Below are positions 13,301 to 24,170 of a stretch of 64,000 nucleotides of DNA, in pieces (the stretch's first letter is position 1; each line of letters begins with the position of its first letter). This DNA is from Lingula anatina. Taxonomy: Eukaryota; Animalia; Brachiopoda. The notes beneath the pieces were generated by a model that saw only the letters and a list, made by a program, of their open reading frames with translations, was not told where the DNA came from and did not search any database. Both the position numbers and the translations under genes were made by a program. The stretch spans positions 4,410,954 to 4,474,953 of the forward strand of contig CM120644.1 in NCBI GenBank assembly GCA_051362555.1, read 5' to 3'.

Positions 13301-16300
13301 TCCAGTTATCATTTTAAGTTCTCATCTTAAATGGCATTAAGGTCTACCTGAGAATTGGCTTAAGGAAAAACGTAAATACTGCAGCAAGTACACATACCTC
13401 GATCCATTTCCTTCAACAAATTCTTCACAGCATGCTCCAAGTCTCCCCGGATCTCGCGCTCGAGTCGTTTTATCTCGGACTCCCTCCGGTTTTCAAAATC
13501 CTTGAATATTTTATTCTCTTCTTCCCTCTGCTTCAGCTCCAGCTCGTTTTGGGCAATGAATATCTTGTCCTTTTTGGCCTCTTCAGGGATGGCATGGGCG
13601 CCGGTGGAAGAGGTGCTGGGTCTAGTGCGAAGTGTTCCGTCAGGAGAAGAGATGGTCGCCTGCTGGGCCAGCATTTCAGCCAGGAATGGAGGCTAGAGTA
13701 CATGTAGGTATACGTTTGTGAATGTGTATAATAAACAGTGGCAGATGGAATATGATTTATCAAATATGATTTATCAAATATTTTATATATATGAACCTTT
13801 GGCCAGAGGAATGTTGGGAAATACTTCTTGGGAAAGTGAAAATCAATCCAAAAATCAATAATATCGACCATCAACATCCTTAATTAAGAAACAGCATAAA
13901 TAGATTTCCAAACCCTACGGTCTTCCATGACAATGGCAAGCTCAGTTAAGCATTATGCAAAGTGAAATTACTCTATGTCATTATAAGAATATTTTTTCAC
14001 CTGACTGGCGTCCAAGGGGTCATACTGGCTAAGATCCGCACCGGATCCTCTCCGTCCATACGGTTTGGCGTAGTGCCGTTCAGAGTTATTCACCAAGGCC
14101 TGGAAGAGAACCCCCTTCTTGTTTATTGAAGTGAAACAACATCAGTAAGGGCCCCTTTACACTGGACGGCGTCCTTTCTGCGTCCAGCAGTACGGCCCCA
14201 TTTGAGAGTTAAAAAATTATAATACTTTACGTGCCGACAACTGGCCGATCATTGAGCATCCATTCTGATACAAAATTAATGCTCGTGCTTCCTTATTAAG
14301 ACCACAGCGATGCCAAATTTCATGGTCGCAGAGATTACGCAGAAAGGACGCCGTCCAGTGTAAAGGGGGTATAATTAAACCATGGAAAGATAATTTTCAT
14401 TATGATTTCGGTTCCAGGTGAGTAAAGGCGTGCCGTCTTCATGCCCCCCCCCCCAAAAAAAAAATAAATAAATAAAGGGCATTTTAAAGTACAACCATAG
14501 TATAGTATTAACTTGTGTTAGATGTTCGCCAATGGGCTGGCGTCATTTGTGGAACGTTTTCATCCGATTTCATCAGTATTGATCAACTTAATGGAATTGA
14601 TATAAATTCTAATCTATTTAATTATTTTTCAATTGGTTTAATTCGTAAACTCAATCTCAATTTTATAAATCTTTATCGATTTTGTACCTCTTGATCCCCA
14701 CCCGGTTGCATCCTGTCAAAATCCGGCCCATACAACTCCTGCATAAACATTCTGAACTTAGCCCTGTCTCTTGCGGTTAGGGTCTGGATCATGTGCATCA
14801 TCTTGTCGTCAAGGTTCTTCCGGTTGTCTGCGCCTGCGCGGATGCGTAGAGTCTCGTAGTGACAGTCGTCGTCGATGAATGCACTTCGGTTGCCTGGATA
14901 CCAAATAAATAAACCATGCATCAGTTAAGAGTGTTTTAGTTACTTTCAATTTGCATAGAACTGTTTGTCATAAATTATGTATTTTTTATTAGGGTCACAT
15001 TCCTCCCGATGACTATGTGCATAAAAAAGTAATATGGAATTAAAGCAAAAAACAAATAACAAATGACTTCTTTCAACAAAATGAAGATTCATACCAAATA
15101 AAGATCTTTAAGAAATAAATAAGCTATGTTTATGATGCATCTATTAAGATCTACTAAAAGGTGCAATATCTTATCGAAACTTTCGACCCTTAGGCCTTCA
15201 TCAGATGTTCGAAAAAAAATCTTCATAGATGCATCATTGTGATAACTTATTAATTTCAATGAAACGATGAGACTTATTCTTTTTTGTAGAGGAGTTTAGA
15301 AAAACATGTTTCACATGCACAGATGCACCAGCGTCTGAATGTCAACAGGATAACCTTGGAAGAATAATTTGTCAACTGATATATTCCGTGACATATGTTC
15401 GAGCCTCCAGATGGTACGAGGAAGTAACATGGTCTGAAATGCAGGCAAATCAAAACTGCATTCACATTTAAAAATTCTAATTTCTTGACAACAAGTAGAT
15501 AAAAACATATGGATGCAGGATGTTTTAACGGAAGAGTTTGGTTTGAAAGCTGCCGAGTAATACATTGCAGAAATATGTTGCGTTTGTTTTGTATTGCACG
15601 TTACTATGTTCGGATTGTAATTGATAAATATGGCTTCAAAATAAAATAAATACATAAATACATAAATAAAGATGCACTAAAACCTTGGTCGCCGTATCCC
15701 TGCCCATTGGACGGCACGTAATCGTAGTCACCAAGAGAATCCCCGGCTTCTCTCGATACGGGATAAGGGGATTTCCCGGCAAAATGATCCTCAAGGCAGG
15801 AAGCAATGGTTTTAACCGAGTCACGGTCAATCTCTCCGTTGAGAAGTTTGTCTGTAAGTTCATTGTATGTTTCTGTGTCCTGAAAATATCGATGAAGATA
15901 AGGGAGCGCAGTATTAAGTAAACAACTACAGACTATAAAGTGAGACAATTTACTCATCAGGTAATCCATGTGTTAATTAAAGAAGTTTGAGCGGGTGTTG
16001 AAATGACGAACACTTCCCATTCTGAAAACCTTTATCACGCGAAATATGTAGAAAATAACCTCATTGCATGCTTAAATACCAAAAACTCAAAACTTGTCAC
16101 TTCGGCCCTTACTTGTTGGTCCAGGGGTACTTCCGGTTGCGGAGGCTTTTTCTTCCGGTTCCGGTCATTTAGGTATTTAGCGTGTGAGAATTCCAGGGCG
16201 TAAGGGTCGTACTCCCAATCTGTTGTATCTTGGATGCGAATCTAAGAAAGTGAAATTATCCACAGACCAAGTCTCAATACATACATGTACCGTACGTGTG

Positions 16301-17167
16301 ATGATTATGCGCATGAATACTGTGAGACACGCATGTACTAGAATGTGATTCTGTCGAAAAAAAATAATTGGAAACAATCTTATTGAAAAAATTAAAATAC
16401 TTTGTCTGTGGGATCAAGAAACTGACACAAGATTTTACCTCAGGAGCTTTTGAGAACGACCTAAAAAAGAGGCCGAATCACTGAAGCAGGGTGCTAGCTT
16501 ACTCACGTGATTGTTAAACCCCCGATAACTACTGATTTGCTGTGCGTTCATTGCATTCCGTATGCCAATGGATTCGTTGTCCATTCCATGTTTTACCACT
16601 TTTGGAGCATGCGTCTTGCAGAACACTTCCTTTTTCCCTCTTTCTCCATGACTTGACACGGCAGCAGTTGACAGGGTCAATACCACACCGCATTCTATAC
16701 ACCGGAAACAGCCCTTGAGGTGATTACAAAAAGTAAATGATTTCCTTATAGAAGATTTATTGAACAAATGGACAGACAGAGAATATACAGCAGTAGTTGT
16801 CTTAAAATCGTTGGATATTTCGTTGTGGTTGTCAAAACTATCGCTAACCCATAATTGAAGTGACATAATTGACGCAATAAAGATAAAAGAAAATGACGTA
16901 AAATCGTTATGCATTTTTATGAAGGGAAAACCGAAATAAAGATATATGGGCTGTTTTATATGTCGTCTGTATGCTTACTTTATGATAAATGAGCCTATCC
17001 ACTGTTATTCTTTCCGCTTGGTACACGGCACGGCGACAACGGTGGCATTTGTCACTTCTCACTGCCTTTTTAAACATATCATAGGAGTCAGAGCTACTTC
17101 CCCTTACGGCCCTCCGATCATCTTCGGATAACATCGGAGAGTTTCGGCCACTTATCCCGAATTCCAT
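9304..17167 (-). CDS. hil: Hillarin-like protein: N-terminal LIM, coiled coil, transglutaminase-like (KY/Cyk3-type) domain and C-terminal beta-rich repeats (13 coding exons, about 1077 aa)
   Basis: Phase-consistent exons (minus strand): 17167-16979, 16713-16507, 16241-16113, 15879-15684, 14893-14688, 14099-14001, 13692-13398, 13095-12920, 12415-12314, 11971-11889, 11462-11319, 11052-10600, 10258-9304 (3234 nt). LIM: CHRC-x17-HKGCFRCIEC-x-CKTH. Hillarin signature: EKARAIFRWITVKDLN...LLRGIKYGLESYHDLFKRLCSYAGLHCHVIQGYSKSFGYKPG...RFRNQWTVVYVDGSWRFVDTHWGAR...YDDFYFLTDPEDFIHQHYPDDPNWQLL. Confidence 0.9.
14149..14371. mobile_element. PIF/Harbinger-like MITE in a hillarin intron
   Basis: 32-bp inverted repeat CCCCTTTACACTGGACGGCGTCCTTTCTGCGT (14152-14183 and 14337-14368), flanked by TAA at 14146-14148 and 14372-14374. 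TWA target duplications are typical of PIF/Harbinger. Confidence 0.8.
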
Positions 17168-17609
17168 CCGGTCCAACAGTCACACTTGTTTCTAATAACA
17201 AGACATACAAATGTATATTTTCAGGAAACCTTGGACCTTCTTGACGCTATAGAATATTTGAAATATCTCTGTTAGAATTGAAAATCAAAGCAAAATTAAA
17301 ACAAAATCAGATGTCCATTTTCGGCCTACAGACGAATAATGATTGCGAAAGGCATTTATACACACCTTCAAAACTGAAAAAGAGCCTTTTCCAGTGACCG
17401 GCACGTCTCCCAGTCGCACAGTTTCGGCCCTAATTCTTCACTGATCTGCCAGCGTTATGATCACAGCATAGTACGACTCTAGTCTGGTAGAGACTGCAGT
17501 CATTATCACCTCCACCACCGCCCTGTGTTTACGTCATAAGTCGCATCTGGTGGCAGACGACAGCTGCTCCTCAGGTGGTCACATGGTTCCGGTTGTTTTC
17601 TAAAGGTCG

Positions 17610-17645
<36 letters not shown>

Positions 17646-17695
17646 GTCAGATTGTACCTAGGGCGCTCCAGTTGCAAAGTTGTGGTTGACTGACT

Positions 17696-17727
<32 letters not shown>

Positions 17728-18491
17728 AACACACACAAGCACGCACGCACGCACGCGTACAATTAATGCAGTTGCACTAGAGCTATTATAGATTAATCTC
17801 AGTTCCGCAATTGATTTGAAAACGATGTGATCCTTCAATTTAAACATTCAATATGCATAAATGAACTAATGGAATGTATGAGAAAAATGTGCATGCAAAG
17901 GGTATAGTTATAGGTTGTTAAAAATATAAAGAGATTGACAGTTTGTACTTCATGCTTAAATTTATTCTTCATGCTTAATGTACTTCATGCTTATCTTTAA
18001 CAGATGCTGGAAACAGCACGAAAAAATCCGCAGATATAATTGGAAATTTTAAATAAGCGAAGAAGAGTAAACTTTAAATTTAAAACCTAAAAATCTTAAT
18101 GGCATCAGTGAGAAGAGACGACTAGTACATTGTCTGATAAGAACAATGTTGACGAACCTTTGTAAATCGCTCGCTTTGTGACGTCACAGAGACTACTTCC
18201 TGTCTTAGATAACACAACCCAATCCATCTGTATGTGATCAACAGGTTTCACGTGTTAGGAGAACAACCACGTCGTTGCGTTGCAAGCTGTGTTATTTTCA
18301 AAAACAAAAAAAACCATCTATTGTCCATTTTTCTTGACAGGACGTATTGGAACAGATGACGAATGAATGATATTCCTAAAATGTCTTGGATGTAAAGAAG
18401 TACTAGGCGCAAGACATAAAATGCTTTGTCGAAACGTTTAAGTCTGTTTGGTATCAAAGACTGCTTTGAGTTGAGTTACTTATTATTTTAT

Positions 18492-18541
<50 letters not shown>

Positions 18542-19247
18542 GGAAAAAATAAATAAAGCAAGACTGTCTTAGTCAATCGTTAAATATTTGCCTATTATGT
18601 TTATTCTTGCTCCTCTTACTCACATGTTTAAATAAATACTTTAGGCAAATCTGGGATCCGCCAGAGTCATGAAAATACCAAAATGTGACTGGAATGTATC
18701 GAGTGTTTGATATAGTAATGACAAGCGTCCTATAGTAATTACATGACTTTGATCAGAGGTTGGCCATCTTGGAATTAGTCCCCTACCTGCTACCCCACAA
18801 AAAACCCTCGCTCATCGTAGATATTTTTTATTACATGAACAGGATTTTTTCCTGCCACAAAAGACATAACAAATAGATATGACCTTTCTCGGCGTCTTCA
18901 CAGTTCTAAATTTACACATAATACTTGAATTGCATACAGGTTTATTCACTGTGCCACATGCACGTGGTCGCAGCTGGTCTGGGCGTGCGACCGGTTGTAA
19001 AACAATTACATATGTTCTGATGTTGGTCTCTCACCTTAAGAAAAATGTCTACCCCAATAATGCGTTTCTCATATGTGAACACGGATAGTTCTTGCACTAA
19101 TGGATCCAGTATTTTGCTATTGGGGGGAGGGACACCAGGATAACAATATTACAATGCAAGCGAGAGAAAAAACAAAAGCATGAAACGAGTTTTTTCATGA
19201 TATTTAGGGGACAAGGAGGTAAAAATGATTGATTTTGTCTCATTCCA

Positions 19248-19300
<53 letters not shown>

Positions 19301-20102
19301 GTGGCCATGGGTACTTCAGACGTTAAAGGCTTCTTCACACCTAGTGAATGATTTGCGAGCATGTAATCACCCTGTTTAAAGCGTAATAAAATGAATATGT
19401 TTTTGAAGATGCTCAAAACATTTTATTTCATTCTGGGTATAGGAACGTACACCAACGTACGTGACGTGAGTCAAACTTAGCCCTTCTGTTTGTCTGCGTA
19501 AGGGGGATTTTTCTCATAACTTAATGCTATACACTATTTGCGACAGCTGGACCCGCCGACGTGTTACACTTGAACACAATCTTAAAACATACCAGATTGC
19601 ACTTTAAAGTTTAACTCAAGTAAGTTAAGAATTTACCCTTAAACCAAAAGCAATATATATAATCGAATAAATTCGAAATGCCAGAAGTGATGCTTGTTTT
19701 CCATGATTGCGCCACCAACAAACACGATTGTTGAATAAGGCATAATGCTAACATGTTCATCAAGAAATGCAAGCTTAATACATGTATAATTTAAAGGCAA
19801 GTCAGCTGATAAAACTTCATTAATGCCTATGGAAAAAATAATTTTTAAAAATCCTTAATCTTTACAAAACTGGCCTATGAAAAATATTGTTATGAACATA
19901 CAATACATAACCAATGATAAATTATAACAAGAAAATAATTTTATTTTCCATAAACTAATCCAGATAAATACTGTATTTTGTATTTAAACAACAAAGGAAT
20001 CTACCATATATTTCTTATGGAGAATAAAGCATAACAAACAAATAACCCTCTTAGTGGGTTTAAAAACGTCAATAAATAATCCATCATACCATAGATATAT
20101 TT

Positions 20103-21331
20103 TTAAGCAACAGGCTTGTATCGTTTAAGTAATAAAAGTGCTTTTTCAACGGCGTGTTCCGTGGAAAGAGCCAAATGCGAGCTCCGAATACTCCTTTCCC
20201 ACGTGTGGTAATAGTTCGCCTGTTTGTTTGTCAAGCTGTTCACAACAACATTCGGTTTCCCTAGCAACGTGCTAATTAGATGTGCATGCAGACGATCCGT
20301 CACGACGACATGCGCACGCGCAATAAAGAGAACACCAGACATGGCTTTGAGTTGATGATCTTCGAAAAAATCGTCTGCATTTTCATTCATCCATTCTGCC
20401 TTCCAGTCAGTTATCAAGTATTTTATACCGGGTGGGAATTTTGGCCGATTTGCACTGGTGAACCCTGGACTCTCCCAGTCGTCACGCTTGATCCATATGA
20501 CGTCATAACTGGGGATGACGTTCACTTGTAACGGTCCCGCAGCAAATGCAGAGTCCGGGACAAGCAGAAGCTTATTTTTCAAAAAGAAATGTGACGCCAT
20601 ATCAAAAGACGGTTTGTCACGTAGCATAACAATGAAATCCTTATGATTCCCGTAAATTTGAGCAAATTCGGTAATATTCTGGCAGCCAGGTGTGGGGTGA
20701 CACACGCTGGTTGGAAATTGCACAATACGATTCCTAGGGAAAGCATCAGCCGTTTTCTTCAGCACATACAAGTGCGCAGGGTGGCCAATATACCCAGCAC
20801 CTTGGACCATCACGACCAAATCTTTCGACCTCTTGATCTGAGAAAAATCGCAGTATGTCCCCGGGTAGTAACAATGGTACACTATAGATATGTTCAAACC
20901 CTGTAGAATAAGTCTCTGACCGATCGTAATGAACTGGTCGCCTTTGTTAGGCCACTGGAAAACGTTCACCAAAACGGCCCTCTTGTACCCCGCAAGAACG
21001 CGAGAAAACAAAGTCGTCTGGATCCGCTGCGCCTCCTCTATTACTTCCTCAGTTGTAGTCAATAACTGAGATAAATGGAACGCATTGGAAGAATCTGCAT
21101 AGAGGTCTGCATTGACGAAACTTCGGTCTTTGGGACTGAGGTCAGTTCTGGTGAAAGGTCGTATGCGACTGAAGGGAAACTGGAAGACACTGGTTGTGTT
21201 AGATGAGACGGCGGTCGCAATCTCAACCGAGTTTCCTGGCAAAGCTGTGCCCCAGTGGTAACCCGCCATGGCTAGGACAATGGACGACATGATCACCGTC
21301 AGCCATAGGGACTGTTGTTCGGAGCAGTTCT
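20103..21331 (-). CDS. Exon encoding a TM helix and a polysaccharide pyruvyltransferase domain (PS_pyruv_trans; Pvg1/EpsO/GumL-like)
   Basis: Family motifs in the expected order: PNKGDQFI, VQGAG, IVQFPTS, MLRDKPSF, LVPDSAF, WIKRDDWE, VVVTDRLHAHLISTLLGKPNVVV...K. Hydrophobic LWLTVIMSSIVLAMAGY precedes the domain; sequons NTT, NIS, NIT follow it. Confidence 0.9.
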
Positions 21332-23187
21332 CTGGAAAATACAAAAATAAAGAATGATTTTGTCACGTATTATAGAAGTGCATATTTTTAACAAGGAACA
21401 CAAGGATCATGATTTATACAAGTATGTTGACAGTAATAGCCCACTTCTAATGCACGTATTTTTTCTTGCAATTACATGTTTAATGTGCAGTATATCATTA
21501 TACATTTGTTAATTATGACATGAAATACAAGATACACAATAAAAAAATTATATAGTGTAATACTTCTCAGCGAACAATAATCATAATTATAATGGATTTG
21601 CTAAATGCTTTAACTGATGTTTTCGAGGAAAATAATGAAGGGTTTTTACAAAAAAAAAAAATGCACCAAATATATTGTTTAGATAACATACCTCTTGTGA
21701 CCGCATTATAATTAATAATATTATAATGACGAGACTATTCAATACACACAATGGGAGTTACACATTAAAAAATCGAGGAAAAAATTTCAAGGAAATTTCA
21801 ACACTTTTCCTTTAATCGCCCATGTGCAGCATATCGAAAACTGTTGACAGAATCAAGATCCATAGACTCGTGTCTCGGTCCCATGTCTCTCCGTTTTGGC
21901 ACACTAGTGACAAAGATGGAGACTTGCGAATTTCACTCGCAATGGTAAAAACAAAAATGCAAAATGCCCAAGATTGTATTATTTTGTCATTTATTTGTAA
22001 TGCGATTAAGTAGTTTTGGGTAAGATATATCTTGGTAATTAAAAGAGAATTCGAATTTTTGGGGTGCTATATTAAGGTTTTACTTGAAATGTATGCCTTC
22101 AAGAGGACAAACAGTACTTACTTTGTCTTGTAGCCGCTGGGAACACGTACAAGGCCAATCCAAGAATTATAACCGTCCCGGAAAAATAGTTCACGGGAAG
22201 GAGTAAATGTTTCCCTATCATATAAAAGAGAAGCGCCAATGAAATCCTTTTCATTAGATTAGCCATGGAATGTGCAACGACTGATATATATTTGAGTATG
22301 ATACACGTTGAGATAACGGTGTAAGTCACGTGAAGTATCGCCGAAACGAGACAGGGCTGAAGCAGTCCCGCAGCTAATAATGTAGGAAACATGTCTGGTG
22401 CCGCTACGGCTAGGAAAATTTCCATGAAGAGAAGCAGGAAAGCAGCCCATGTGCTCATTTTCGCTAAAGTCTGGACCTGTACCAAAGGTGTTTTGTTTGC
22501 CATACTTTTCAGCGTAACGTTACGCAATCCAAACAAAATATTTGATAAAAAGGCAAGCGTGAGTCCTAGTGTTTCTCCCATCCTGTACTGTGGTCTCCAC
22601 ACAAACCCGATAGACCCTATGACAACTAAGGGCAATGCTATTATCGTATTCGTCTCCAACTTTTTCCCGCTTAAAATGCTGGACAGCACCGCTGTAGTGA
22701 TGGGCTCAAACGCCTTCACCGTAAACGCGCTGGACGCGTCACAAAACGCCAAGCTAGCGTTCGTACACATCGTGGCCGCCATGTGGCTTACAGACAGGGT
22801 GACAAGGGACAAATCAGTGTTTGGAAGTCTCGAGCTCTCACAGGGTTCCTCTTGTCCCTGTGTTACACCATTGGTCACTTTTTCCACCCCTGTGTCCGAG
22901 TGGGGGTCGGCGCTCATGCTTTCCTTGGCGTCCAGCCCCATCCAGGTAAGAAGACGCCGGCTGCATAGTCTGGGAAGCAGAAGGAGAACACCGGCTCCGA
23001 CAACAATTTGACAAAGGCTTAAAATTACCACTGCGTACCACAAAGCTTTCTTCTTCTCGGTCGTCTCTTGTTGTTCCTGAGGTATGTTCCCCCAGGTTCG
23101 AAGCGCTTTCCGGGCGAAGTAGTGAGCGTAGAACGAAAACAGAGTCCAGGCTAGGAAAGCCACGAAGCCTCTCACAGCCCGGCTCAT
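20103..23187 (-). CDS. Predicted fusion protein: TPT/SLC35E-family transporter + extra TM helix + polysaccharide pyruvyltransferase (2 coding exons, 764 aa)
   Basis: Exon A 23187-22122 starts at CCACCATG and ends ACA AGA CAA A|gtaagt (phase 1). Intron 22121-21332 (790 bp) ends ttatttttgtattttccag. Exon B 21331-20103 begins AG AAC TGC, so the junction reads TRQ-K-NCSEQQ in frame (355+1+408 aa). Confidence 0.8.
22122..23187 (-). CDS. Exon encoding a triose-phosphate-transporter-family (SLC35E / plastid pPT-like) multi-pass transporter
   Basis: About 10 hydrophobic segments. TPT-type motifs SHMAATMCTNASL, FTVKAFEPITTAVLS, LAFLSNILFGLRNVTLK, LHVTY, ISVVAHSMANLMKRI, GTVIILGLALY. A splice acceptor at 23221-23222 indicates upstream 5'UTR exon(s). 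Confidence 0.88.
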
Positions 23188-23459
23188 GGTGGTGGAGGAC
23201 GATTGTATCGCAGATATGACCTAAAATAAAAAATATATATATATATTACTAAAGCATGAGATTTAACAGAAAGAAAGTTGACGTGCTTTTTAAAACGGTA
23301 GTCCAAATATGAGATACCAGTGTCGAAATGGTCAGTAACTCAGCAGTGAACTAATTGAGAAAGTCGAACTTAAACGATTTGAATTTACACGGTAGGTATG
23401 TGACGTTACAATACGATTGCATTTTATACTGGGTATCAGCCTAACCCTTCCGTCCATCC

Positions 23460-23497
<38 letters not shown>

Positions 23498-23799
23498 TGT
23501 GCAGCTGAAAGAAGTCTCCTCGAACTTCAAAATCACAGAATTCAGTAAATCACATTTTCATTATTAACTAATAATATTTAACTAACAATAGTATGCTAAT
23601 ATAGACTTTGCCAATTGAATATTGCAATTTAATTGCCCAGCGAAGAATTTCATGGAAAAATATAGTCCAAATAGTGGCAGAGAGTCCCCCATGGTAGAGG
23701 GTCCGCTTCCCATTCATTTGTACAGGTACCCCTCTCTCTAGATTTTGACTCATTTAGGTCAGGCTAACCCTAACCATAATAACTAAATGGAGGGTGGAG

Positions 23800-24170
23800 T
23801 TTCTGTTACACGGATCATCAGCTTCGTTACACCGGTGTCACAGCAATGGCAGTCCTAGGAATGGAAGTCCTGTGTCCCATGTGATTAGTACAGGTTAGGG
23901 TTAGTCAGAGTATTGGGGTTAGTACAGGTGTAACAGGAGTGGTAGTCAGCTAGGCACCGTAGTCCGTTCCCGATTACTTTGTAAAGGTGACATTCGTCGC
24001 ATATACTCACACCAATAATCTGACTAACACTCACCAGTACCAATCATATGCAACCCCGGACTTCTGTTCCAAGAACTACCATTCCTGTCACACCGGTATG
24101 TGGAATGAAAGTCACCTGTGCAAAGTACAGACTGTAAATGTTTCCAGCAGCTACCATTCCTGTCAACCTG
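23800..24170. repeat. Dispersed DNA-transposon-like repeat with GTGACAGGAATGGTAG / CTACCATTCCTGTCAC motifs
   Basis: Motif variants near 23833 and 23929 (+) and 24077 and 24151 (-), with ggttagggttag internal sequence. The same motif recurs at 55046-55207 and 60147-60205. Confidence 0.55.

Noticed and set aside
21332-21344. ORF-track start MYFPE for the pyruvyltransferase
   Set aside because: It is a TTG inside the polypyrimidine tract of a splice acceptor, not a plausible eukaryotic start.
22099-22121. Stop codon closing the transporter as a stand-alone 362-aa protein
   Set aside because: It lies just past a consensus gtaagt donor whose phase matches the next exon, so it is treated as intron readthrough. 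An intron-retained short isoform cannot be excluded.
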